NCBI GenBank assembly: GCA_035318985.1
Contig: DATHDP010000020.1
Span: 51 to 64,050, forward strand
Origin: Chitinophagaceae bacterium
Lineage (GTDB): Bacteria; Bacteroidota; Bacteroidia; Chitinophagales; Chitinophagaceae
Direction of reading: 5' to 3'
DNA: 64,000 nt
Shown here: in pieces, positions 33,941 through 42,460 of the stretch
Layout of the letters: each line of letters begins with the position of its first letter
Position numbering within the stretch: position 1 is the stretch's first letter
Program-made: the position numbers and the translations under genes
Notes under the pieces: model-generated
The model's input: the letters and a program-made list of their open reading frames with translations, nothing else
Database searches by the model: none
Told to the model about the DNA's origin: nothing

Positions 33941-35632
33941 TTAAACATTCATTTTTTTCAATTCATCAACTGCAAATGCAGCAGCTCTTGCAGTTAATGC
34001 CATATATGTGAGTGACGGATTTACACAAGACGCACTTACCATGCAGGCACCGTCTGTTACGAATACATTTTTACAATCCCAAACCTGGTTATTGCCATTC
34101 AATACTGATGTTTTTGGATCACGACCCATTCTAGCTGCACCCATTTCATGTATACCCATACCAGGAGCATTGTCGTTATCATATTCCTGTACATTTTTTA
34201 CACCGGCTATTTCCAGCATTTCTTTCATGTCAGCCTTCATATCCCCCCGCATCTTTTTTTCATTCTCTTTAAACTCGACATCGAAATTTAGTACCGGAAG
34301 TCCCCATTTATCTTTCATGTTCTTATCCAGTGTGATCTTATTGTCATGATGAGGAAGAGTCTCACCAAATGCCGTTGCGCCGATTCTCCATCCGCCAGGT
34401 TCACTCAACGCATCTTTCAGGTCAGCGCCGACACTTAGTTCTGCAACTTCGCGACCCCAACCATTTCTGCTTGCACCACCCTGGTATCCGAATCCACGTA
34501 AATAATCTCTCTTATCACCGCCAAAATTTCTGAATCGTGGAATATAAAAACCGGTTGGCCGGTTACCGAAATAATATTTGTTCTCATATCCTTCTACTTC
34601 ACCACTTGCTCCCACCCGGAAATGATGATCCATAACATTATGTCCCAATTCGCCACTAGCACTTCCTAATCCATCAGGCCAAATATCAGTGGCTGAGTTC
34701 ATCAATATCCACGCTGAGTTAAGTGCCGAAGCACAGAGGAAAACAATTTTTGAAAAATATTCTTTCACCTGCATTGTTTCCGCATCAATTACTCTTACAC
34801 CTTTCGCTTTTTTAGTTTCCTTATCATAAATAATTTCTTTAACAATGGAATTGATGCCCAATGTAAGTTTGCCGGTTGCCATTGCGGCAGGCAATGTGGA
34901 AGATTGTGTACTGAAATAAGCACCGAAAGGACAACCGTTCCAGCACATATCACGATACTGGCAATTTGTTCTTTGTGGGCTATGACCTAGTGGCCCTGTT
35001 ATATGTGCAGTACGACCAATGATCAGTGTACGTTTATTATTATAATGTGCTTTGATCTTCGCAGCTACATCTTTTTCTACCACGTTTAATTCCATCGCAG
35101 GTAAAAAATGACTATCAGGCAATTGAGGAAGATTTTCATATGAACCCTGTATGCCGGCAAATTTTTCGACATGAGTATACCATGGCTCTAGATCTTTATA
35201 CCTGATAGGCCAATCAACAGCAACACCTTCTTTTCCGTTGGCTTCAAAATCCGTTTCGCTCCAGCGGTAACTCTGGCGTCCCCACATTAATGAACGACCA
35301 CCCACATGATAACCACGGAACCAGTCAAAGCGTTTTGTTTCAGTATAAGGATTGTCTTTATCACTTGCCCAATAATGAAGATTTCTTTCATTCAACGGGT
35401 AGTCTCTTTTAAGATGCGGATAATCTGCGATCATCTGTTGTGTTTTGCCTCCGCGATGCGGATATTCCCACACAGGCCTGTTGCTTTTCTCATAATCTTT
35501 TCCATGTTCTATATTGAAGCCTCTTTCAAGCATGATTGTGTTGAGACCTCGTTCGGTAAGTTCTTTAGCCGCCCAGCCGCCACTAATGCCGGAGCCAACC
35601 ACGATCGCATCAAATGTGTTATTGTCTGCCAT
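33941..35632 (-). CDS. GMC-family FAD-dependent oxidoreductase (paralog A), no signal peptide
   Basis: The N-terminus MADNNTFDAIVVGSGISGGWAAKEL is identical to that of paralog D. It also has CQYRDMCWNGCPFGAYF and IHEMGAARMG. Confidence 0.9.
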   Translation of the reverse strand: MADNNTFDAIVVGSGISGGWAAKELTERGLNTIMLERGFNIEHGKDYEKSNRPVWEYPHRGGKTQQMIADYPHLKRDYPLNERNLHYWASDKDNPYTETKRFDWFRGYHVGGRSLMWGRQSYRWSETDFEANGKEGVAVDWPIRYKDLEPWYTHVEKFAGIQGSYENLPQLPDSHFLPAMELNVVEKDVAAKIKAHYNNKRTLIIGRTAHITGPLGHSPQRTNCQYRDMCWNGCPFGAYFSTQSSTLPAAMATGKLTLGINSIVKEIIYDKETKKAKGVRVIDAETMQVKEYFSKIVFLCASALNSAWILMNSATDIWPDGLGSASGELGHNVMDHHFRVGASGEVEGYENKYYFGNRPTGFYIPRFRNFGGDKRDYLRGFGYQGGASRNGWGREVAELSVGADLKDALSEPGGWRIGATAFGETLPHHDNKITLDKNMKDKWGLPVLNFDVEFKENEKKMRGDMKADMKEMLEIAGVKNVQEYDNDNAPGMGIHEMGAARMGRDPKTSVLNGNNQVWDCKNVFVTDGACMVSASCVNPSLTYMALTARAAAFAVDELKKMNV

Positions 35633-35790
35633 GTTTTACTTGGTATTTAAAATTGAATATTGATTTAGAATACAAATTTTATTATGAGCCTTGCTGCAGT
35701 GCTACTATTAAACTTATGTTGCGTCGCACTATTGTACCGTAACAATTCTATTCAACAATTGAATGATGAACCCCTGGTAACATCTTTAAT

Positions 35791-35825
35791 CTAAGTCACT
35801 CCGCCATAGGCGGAGGACAGGCGTT
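35791..35825. repeat. GC-rich hairpin module CTAAGTCACTCCGCCATAGGCGGAGGACAGGCGTT abutting a stop codon
   Basis: CTCCGCC (35799-35805) pairs with GGCGGAG (35809-35815). The flanks CTAAGTCAC...GACAGG are shared with 22136-22166. It overlaps the TAA of the 35824-36720 gene. Confidence 0.5.
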
Positions 35826-36720
35826 ACACATCGCATCTTCTCACAGCATCTTTCAATGCTGCTATTTTTTCATCATTGGTTTTACCTGTCGGCATGAACT
35901 CCTGCGCCACATAATCTTTAAAACCTGTTTTTACAATCGCATCCATGATCGCAGGATAATACAATTCCTGGCTTTCATTTATTTCATGACGACCCGGTAC
36001 ACCCGCAGTATGATAATGGCCGATATATTGGTAATTGTCAGTAATAGTTCTTATAACATCACCTTCATCGATCTGCATGTGATAAATATCATAAAGCAAT
36101 TTAAAATTGGGTGAACCAATTCTTTTTACCAATTCCACACCCCACGGTGTTCTATCACACATATAATCTTTGTGATTGATCTTACTGTTCAATAATTCCA
36201 TTTGGATCATCACACCATTCTTTTCTGCAAGACCCATTATTTGTTTCAAGCCTTCTGCGCTATTATTCAGACCGGTTTCATCATCCATTCCGTTACGATT
36301 ACCGCTAAAACAGATCAAGTTTTTATAACCGGCTTCTTTTACAAGAGGAATAGTTTCGCTAAAATCTTTGATCAGTTGTGGATGAAAGGTCTTGTTATTC
36401 CAACCTTCGGTAAGACTTACTTTACCTGCGATATAACACATGGAAGAGTAAAGTCCATATTTTTTAAGCATTGGCCAATCTTTTGGAGCTATCAGGTCAA
36501 TAGCGCTAATGCCTATTTTTTTTACTTCAACACAAAGTTCCTCCAATGGAATATGATTATAGGTCCATTGGCAAACAGAGTGATTGATATTGCCTTTCAA
36601 TTTTAATTTTTTTGAATTTATATCTTCGGTAGCAAAGGAACTTATAAAAGGAGCGACTGTGGCTGCCGCAGTTCCTGCTGCAATTTTTTTCAAGACATCA
36701 CGACGGTTTGATTTTTTCAT
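35824..36720 (-). CDS. Xylose-isomerase-like TIM-barrel protein (hydroxypyruvate-isomerase-like), TAT-exported
   Basis: It has a twin-arginine leader (MKKSNRRDVLKKIAAGTAAATVAPF). TIM-barrel blocks include MQMELLN, LLYDIYHMQI and HYHTAGVPGRHE. Confidence 0.8.
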   Translation of the reverse strand: MKKSNRRDVLKKIAAGTAAATVAPFISSFATEDINSKKLKLKGNINHSVCQWTYNHIPLEELCVEVKKIGISAIDLIAPKDWPMLKKYGLYSSMCYIAGKVSLTEGWNNKTFHPQLIKDFSETIPLVKEAGYKNLICFSGNRNGMDDETGLNNSAEGLKQIMGLAEKNGVMIQMELLNSKINHKDYMCDRTPWGVELVKRIGSPNFKLLYDIYHMQIDEGDVIRTITDNYQYIGHYHTAGVPGRHEINESQELYYPAIMDAIVKTGFKDYVAQEFMPTGKTNDEKIAALKDAVRRCDV

Positions 36721-36758
36721 ATTTACAAGCGGATTCTAAAGTTACAATAGTCCCTGCT

Positions 36759-37994
36759 TCAAACTTCAGGAGCTGCGATATTTTCTGACACACCGGCAAA
36801 CTGTATTTGTCTTTTTTCTCTAAAAAATAAAATAAAATATAAAAGCACACCTAGTGCGATATAAGCCGGAACAAACCAAATGCTTTTCCAGTCATGACCT
36901 CCGGATGACATTACATATTTATCCACTACTTTACCTGATATCAAAGTACCAATGAACATTCCAACTCCATAAGTAGCGAACGTGAATAATCCCTGGGCAG
37001 CATTCTTAATTTTTTCCCCAGCTTTCTTTTCAGTGTACATGTAGCCGGTTACAAAAAAGAAATCATAACATACACCGTGCAAAATAATACCGGCATAAAG
37101 CATCCACATATTTCCATCCGTATTGCCATATGCAAAGCATACATAACGGAGTATCCACGCAGTCATTCCCATTAGCAACATTTTTTTAACTCCAATGCGA
37201 TTAAACAGGAATGGTATTGCCAGGATAAATATCGCTTCTGAAAATTGCCCCATGGTCATTTTAGCTGCAGCTTTATCAATATTAAGTTCATTTAAAAAGC
37301 CATTTGCAAATCCATAATAAAATGATAGTGGGATGCAAACCAATATGGCGGCAATAAAAAATATCAGGTAGGGTTTGCTTTTAAATAACACAAATGATTC
37401 AGAGCCTAAAGCCTTTGATGCAGAGGAAACTGCTTTTCCTTTTGGCGGTGTATTAGGTAATATAAAACTGAATAACCCCAATGCAGCCGAAACACCAGCA
37501 GCGATAAGGAATGTATAAATGGAAGGTTCTATTTTTAAACTCCCGATTATTAAACCAGCAACGATCCATCCCAATGTTCCAAATACTCTTATCCATGGAA
37601 ATTGTTTTCCCGGATCGGACATTTGATGAAATGCAATGCTGTTCGATAAAGCGATCGTGGGCATATAGAGTAAGGAGTAAAATAATATTATCCAATAGAA
37701 CGCAGAACTATTATCAACTTTTGTTGCTAAGAATAATAATACAGCTCCAATTAAATGAAGCACACCCATGATCCGTTGCGCTGAAAAAAACCTGTCAGCG
37801 ATCATTCCAACGAAAAAAGGTGAGATCATGGTTGCGATCGCTAGTGCAGAATATGCTTGACCTATACTGTTATCAATTCCCGTTTCTTTGAAATGCTCTC
37901 CCATATATGTCACCATAGTTACATACCATGAACCCCAAATAAAGTATTGGAGAAACATCATGATTGAAAGCTGGACTCCTGTTTTAAGGTTCAT
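36759..37994 (-). CDS. MFS transporter of the nucleoside:H+ symporter (NHS) type
   Basis: It has 12 predicted helices. The N-terminus VQLSIMMFLQYFIWGSWYVTM is typical of NupG/XapB-like transporters. Confidence 0.75.
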   Translation of the reverse strand: MNLKTGVQLSIMMFLQYFIWGSWYVTMVTYMGEHFKETGIDNSIGQAYSALAIATMISPFFVGMIADRFFSAQRIMGVLHLIGAVLLFLATKVDNSSAFYWIILFYSLLYMPTIALSNSIAFHQMSDPGKQFPWIRVFGTLGWIVAGLIIGSLKIEPSIYTFLIAAGVSAALGLFSFILPNTPPKGKAVSSASKALGSESFVLFKSKPYLIFFIAAILVCIPLSFYYGFANGFLNELNIDKAAAKMTMGQFSEAIFILAIPFLFNRIGVKKMLLMGMTAWILRYVCFAYGNTDGNMWMLYAGIILHGVCYDFFFVTGYMYTEKKAGEKIKNAAQGLFTFATYGVGMFIGTLISGKVVDKYVMSSGGHDWKSIWFVPAYIALGVLLYFILFFREKRQIQFAGVSENIAAPEV

Positions 37995-38013
37995 GATTTT
38001 TAGAATTCAATAT

Positions 38014-39243
38014 TTATGCGTGAGCTGCTTTCTGTTGCTTGTAAACATTTCGTCTTACTATATATATAACTATGAAAATTACAAGAACTATGGCCGGCAT
38101 AATGGCAACTTTCATAAATGTTTCTGAACCTGCCGCGGCTTCAGCTTGTGCTGTTTGCATTCCTTCTGAAATTGCTTTTGCCTTTGCCTGGTCCAGCCAC
38201 TTTCCCATAACTGGTAAGATCAATGAAACTGAAAACATACCTGCTCCGCCCATTAATGATAAACCTAATGCACCAGTTTTTGGTAAATATTCTGCAACAA
38301 ATCCAAGCATAGTTGGCCAGAAGAAACAGATACCTACTGCATAAACTGCTGCAGCTCCAAATGCTGCATACCCGCTAATCTTACTTAATAATACAAGACC
38401 AATACCAGCAAATATTGCAGAGAATATCAGCATTCCATTTGGATTAAGTCTATGAACAACCGGGCCTGCAAAGGATCGCCCTAATGCCATTATTCCAAAT
38501 ATGAAGACGAGGACCAAAATACCTGAAACATTTGTTCCCTGAAGAAGAGCCAGAATCCAGGTTGTTGTTCCAAGTTCTGTAGCGGCAGTTAAAAACATGC
38601 AGATGATCATTATAAGGAACAAAGGATTTAAACAGGCTTTGAACATATCACCAGTTGAAACGCCACTTGTAACTCTCTCTGTTTCCGGGAATTTCAATTT
38701 TAAAAACATAAAACCATAAATCACAACGGCGATAAATAATGGGATCATTAATAACCGCCAATCAAGATTCAGTTGTGTTAGCACTATATAGGCAAGTAGT
38801 CCACCAATCACATTCCCTCCTGGAAACCACACATGAAATCGATTTAACATGGTTGTTTTATTGTTAGGATATAATGATACAACAAGAGGATTGCAAGCTG
38901 CTTCTACCATTCCATTTCCAATACCAATGCAAAGAGTTCCTATAAATAGCATGGTGGCATCCTTTGCAATGATATAAATTACTGCTCCTGCAATATGCCC
39001 AACAAATGCAAAACCAACCAGGCGTTTCATGCCAAGTACATCACAAAGGGGGCCGCCAATTACCATTGCAAGTGTGAATCCCCAGAATGCGGGACTAAAA
39101 ACCCAGCCTACTTGTTCTTTATTAATATTAAACTCTGATCCCCATACTCCTTCAAGCGATGCCCTGAAGGCAAAAGTGAGAGATGTAAATATCAGTGCGA
39201 TACAACTTGCTAAGAAAAGTTGATTTTTGTTTACGGCTTGCAT
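38014..39243 (-). CDS. MFS sugar-type transporter
   Basis: It has about 12 helices with the MFS pattern. I prefer the ATG at 39243 (MQAVNKNQLFLASCIALIF...) over the listed 39321. Confidence 0.75.
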   Translation of the reverse strand: MQAVNKNQLFLASCIALIFTSLTFAFRASLEGVWGSEFNINKEQVGWVFSPAFWGFTLAMVIGGPLCDVLGMKRLVGFAFVGHIAGAVIYIIAKDATMLFIGTLCIGIGNGMVEAACNPLVVSLYPNNKTTMLNRFHVWFPGGNVIGGLLAYIVLTQLNLDWRLLMIPLFIAVVIYGFMFLKLKFPETERVTSGVSTGDMFKACLNPLFLIMIICMFLTAATELGTTTWILALLQGTNVSGILVLVFIFGIMALGRSFAGPVVHRLNPNGMLIFSAIFAGIGLVLLSKISGYAAFGAAAVYAVGICFFWPTMLGFVAEYLPKTGALGLSLMGGAGMFSVSLILPVMGKWLDQAKAKAISEGMQTAQAEAAAGSETFMKVAIMPAIVLVIFIVIYIVRRNVYKQQKAAHA

Positions 39244-39342
39244 ATCGTTGGTTTTTATGAAAAAAATTTTGGAAAGGCTAAATGTACTATTTTTAAAAAC
39301 ACATTTACCTTCAATGTTCACGAATTTAATTTATATCAAACC

Positions 39343-39359
39343 ACAAACAACTGTTTGAA
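39343..39359. promoter_or_regulatory. 17-nt box ACAAACAACTGTTTGAA (CAAACA-N2-TGTTTG inverted arms), candidate operator
   Basis: It ends 2 nt before the ATG at 39362, in the divergent control region. An identical 17-mer lies at 46774-46790 upstream of pfkA. Confidence 0.4.
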
Positions 39360-39361
39360 AT

Positions 39362-40522
39362 ATGGAAAATAGGAAACTCAGAATGGGAATGATCGGTGGC
39401 GGCAAGGATGCATTCATCGGCGCCATTCATCGTTTTGCATTTAATATGGATGCACAAATTGAAATTGTTGCCGGCGCATTAAGTATTAATCCGGAGATCG
39501 CGGTTGATTCAGGAAAAAGTTTATTTCTTGATGAATCCCGCATTTATACAGATTATAAAGTGATGCTGGAAAAAGAAGCTGCAATGCCAAAAGATAAACG
39601 AATTGATTTTGTCAGCATTGTTACTCCAAACTTCGTGCATTTTGATCCGGCTATGATGGCTCTCGATAAAGGGTTTAATGTAGCAATTGAAAAGCCAATT
39701 ACTTTTTCATTGGAGCAAGCAAAACAATTAAAAGAAAAAGTAGCACAAACGGGATTGACTCTTTTACTTACTCATACCTATACCGGCTATCCAATGATAA
39801 AGCAGGCAAAACAAATGCTGAAGAGTGGATTGCTTGGTAAGATCAGGAAAGTATATGTTGAATATCCGCAAGGATGGTTGAGCACATTGAAAGAGAGTGA
39901 AGGAAATGCGCAAGCTTCATGGAGAACAGATCCAAAGCGTAGTGGCATAGCAGGAGCGATGGGAGATATCGGAACACATGCATTTAATATGGCCGAGTAC
40001 GTAACTGGTTTGCAGGCTACTCATTTATGCGCTAACCTGAATATAGTAGTAGATGGAAGAATGCTTGACGATGACGGCGCAACATTTATGAAATTTAATA
40101 ATGGAGCAACTGGTGTATTAATGGCGACACAAATTGCCGCGGGTGAAGAAAACTGTATTAAGATAAGAGTATATGGAGAGAAAGGAGGTCTTGAATGGAA
40201 ACAGGAAGATGCAAATACTTTATTAGTTAAGTGGCTTGATAAACCTGCAGAGATATATCGTGCGGGTACGGGCTATGTAAGTTCTTATGCATCGCATAAC
40301 TCAAGAACACCTGCTGGTCATCCTGAAGGATATCTTGAAGCATTTGCAAATCTTTACCGAAATTTTTCTTTGACCGTTCGTGCAAAGTCGAATGGAGAAA
40401 AACCAAAAGATGAATGGCTTGATTTTCCAGGTGTTGATGAAGGCATAAGAGGAATGGCATTTATTGAAAATGTGGTTGCTTCGGGTAAGTCAGATGCAAA
40501 ATGGACTGAATTCAAAGTTTGA
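39362..40522 (+). CDS. Gfo/Idh/MocA-family NAD(P)-dependent oxidoreductase, cytoplasmic
   Basis: The N-terminal Rossmann block is LRMGMIGGGKDAFIGAIH, and the EKP motif appears as AIEKPITF. There is no signal peptide. Confidence 0.85.
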   Translation: MENRKLRMGMIGGGKDAFIGAIHRFAFNMDAQIEIVAGALSINPEIAVDSGKSLFLDESRIYTDYKVMLEKEAAMPKDKRIDFVSIVTPNFVHFDPAMMALDKGFNVAIEKPITFSLEQAKQLKEKVAQTGLTLLLTHTYTGYPMIKQAKQMLKSGLLGKIRKVYVEYPQGWLSTLKESEGNAQASWRTDPKRSGIAGAMGDIGTHAFNMAEYVTGLQATHLCANLNIVVDGRMLDDDGATFMKFNNGATGVLMATQIAAGEENCIKIRVYGEKGGLEWKQEDANTLLVKWLDKPAEIYRAGTGYVSSYASHNSRTPAGHPEGYLEAFANLYRNFSLTVRAKSNGEKPKDEWLDFPGVDEGIRGMAFIENVVASGKSDAKWTEFKV

Positions 40523-40525
40523 TCT

Positions 40526-40990
40526 CACGCAAAGGCGCTACGGCGCAAAGATGAAAATGTGAAATCAGTTAGCTTTATGACTATAAATGAAATATCAAAA
40601 ATCATTCTTGATGCTGCCTTTGAGATACATAAGAAATTAGGACCAGGTTTACTTGAATCAGTTTATGAAACAATAATGGAGTATGAGTTAATTCACACGT
40701 ACAGATTGAAAGTTTCAAGGCAAAGAGGGATCCCAGTCGTTTGGAAGGAGATGAAACTTGATCTTGGCTTCCGATCCGATTTAATTGTTGAAGATATGGT
40801 TCTGGTAGAGTTAAAATCAATAGAAGCATTAGCACCGGTTCATTATAAACAAGTTCTTACACATTTAAAGTTGACAGGATTGAAACTTGGATTACTTATC
40901 AATTTTAATGAGGAATTATTAAAGACCGGCATAAAAAGAATTGTAAATAATTTATAAAATCTAAACGTGGCGCCGTAGCGCCTTTGCGTG
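40526..40990 (+). mobile_element. ORF-in-a-stem mini-element: GxxExxY gene bracketed by 21-bp perfect inverted repeats
   Basis: CACGCAAAGGCGCTACGGCGC (40526-40546) is the exact reverse complement of GCGCCGTAGCGCCTTTGCGTG (40970-40990). The element starts 3 nt after the upstream TGA and ends 4 nt before the downstream ATG. Confidence 0.6.
40577..40957 (+). CDS. GxxExxY protein (PD-(D/E)XK nuclease-superfamily small protein)
   Basis: It has the family N-terminus INEISKIILDAAFEIHKKLGPGLLESVYE (the GxxExxY motif is GLLESVY). DLIVEDMVLVELK matches the D...ExK core. I prefer the ATG at 40577 over the GTG at 40559. Confidence 0.85.
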   Translation: MTINEISKIILDAAFEIHKKLGPGLLESVYETIMEYELIHTYRLKVSRQRGIPVVWKEMKLDLGFRSDLIVEDMVLVELKSIEALAPVHYKQVLTHLKLTGLKLGLLINFNEELLKTGIKRIVNNL

Positions 40991-40994
40991 GAAT

Positions 40995-42050
40995 ATGCGA
41001 ACAATTAAAGGGCCTGCAATATTTCTTGCACAGTTCATGGGGGACAAGCCACCATTTAATAATATGAAGACAATTTGCCAATGGGCAAAGAGTCTTGGTT
41101 TTGTTGGCGTGCAAATTCCTACATGGGATTCAAGATGTATCGATCTGCAAAAAGCAGCGGAGAGTAAAACCTATGCTGATGAATTAAAAGGATTAGTAAA
41201 TGAAGCAGGATTAGAAATTACAGAACTATCTACACACTTGCAGGGACAATTAGTTGCCGTGCATCCCACTTATGATGATCTGTTTGATGGATTTGCGCCT
41301 GACAGTGTAAAGAAAAATCCTAAAAAAAGAACTGAGTGGGCAGTACAACAATTAAAATATGCAGCAAAGGCTTCGCAAAATTTAGGTTTGAATGCTCATG
41401 CTACATTTAGCGGTGCATTATTATGGCCAACAATTTATCCATGGCCGCAACGTCCTGCAGGATTGGTTGAATCAGGATTTAAAGAATTAGCGAATCGATG
41501 GATGCCGATCTTAAATCATTTTGATGAATGTGGTGTAGATGTTTGTTATGAAATTCATCCGGGAGAAGACTTGCACGATGGCATTTCTTATGAAATGTTT
41601 TTAGAACAAGTAAATAATCATAAAAGAGCTTGCCTGCTTTACGATCCTTCTCATTTTGTTTTGCAATGTCTCGATTACAAATCATACATCGATATTTATC
41701 ATGAAAGGATAAAAGCATTTCATGTAAAAGATGCTGAATTTAATCCGACAGGTAAACAAGGTGTATATGGAGGGTTCCAAAGTTGGATTGATCGGGCAGG
41801 TCGTTTCCGTTCATTGGGTGATGGACAAGTTGATTTCAAAACTATCTTTAGCAAATTGACACAATATGATTACAGTGGCTGGGCCGTGATGGAGTGGGAG
41901 TGTTGTATTAAACATCCTGAAGATGGCGCCAGGGAAGGAGCTCATTTTATTAAAAAGAATATCATCCGGGTTACAGAAAAAGCCTTTGATGATTTTGCCG
42001 GGCAATCAAGTGATGAAAAATTTAACCGAAAAGTTTTAGGATTGGAATAA
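40995..42050 (+). CDS. Xylose-isomerase-like TIM-barrel protein (sugar phosphate isomerase/epimerase family), cytoplasmic
   Basis: There is no signal peptide. TIM-barrel blocks include YEIHPGEDLHDG, LLYDPSHFVLQ and WAVMEWE. Confidence 0.8.
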   Translation: MRTIKGPAIFLAQFMGDKPPFNNMKTICQWAKSLGFVGVQIPTWDSRCIDLQKAAESKTYADELKGLVNEAGLEITELSTHLQGQLVAVHPTYDDLFDGFAPDSVKKNPKKRTEWAVQQLKYAAKASQNLGLNAHATFSGALLWPTIYPWPQRPAGLVESGFKELANRWMPILNHFDECGVDVCYEIHPGEDLHDGISYEMFLEQVNNHKRACLLYDPSHFVLQCLDYKSYIDIYHERIKAFHVKDAEFNPTGKQGVYGGFQSWIDRAGRFRSLGDGQVDFKTIFSKLTQYDYSGWAVMEWECCIKHPEDGAREGAHFIKKNIIRVTEKAFDDFAGQSSDEKFNRKVLGLE

Positions 42051-42085
42051 TAAATACCTTTACGAACTTTAAAAAAATCAACGAT

Positions 42086-42454
42086 ATGAAAAAAACAGTT
42101 TTTATGATCATGGTAGTTGCTGTACTTACTTCGTGTGGGGGAGGTGGCAAAACCGAAGAGAAACCTAAAGTGGTTGATATTACTGAAGATCCGGTTTACC
42201 AAAAAGGAGTTGAAATTGTTGCAAACAGTGATTGCAAAACTTGTCATATGATCGATGAAAAAAATGTTGGACCTGCATGGAGAGATGTTGCTAATAAATA
42301 TGCCGACTCAGCTAACGCCGTAGCGTATCTTTCTCATAAAATTATAAATGGTGGTTCTGGTGTTTGGGGGCAAGTGCCGATGGCGGCTCATCCGACTATG
42401 TCCCAGGAAGACGCAGAGACCTTGGCTAAATATGTTCTACTATTAAAAAAATAA
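42086..42454 (+). CDS. Mono-haem c-type cytochrome, lipoprotein
   Basis: It has a lipobox (VAVLTSCGGGG), a single CKTCH haem-binding motif, and a distal Met region (GVWGQVPMAAHP). Confidence 0.88.
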   Translation: MKKTVFMIMVVAVLTSCGGGGKTEEKPKVVDITEDPVYQKGVEIVANSDCKTCHMIDEKNVGPAWRDVANKYADSANAVAYLSHKIINGGSGVWGQVPMAAHPTMSQEDAETLAKYVLLLKK

Positions 42455-42460
42455 ATTATA

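Noticed and set aside
39244-39321. A 26-codon extension of the MFS transporter gene.
   Set aside because: The extension has no membrane or signal character. The internal ATG gives a normal MFS N-terminus and leaves a plausible divergent control region.
40551-40562. A mini-ORF, ATGAAAATGTGA, just after the left inverted repeat of the GxxExxY element.
   Set aside because: It is only three codons and overlaps the alternative GTG start. There is no evidence that it is more than chance.
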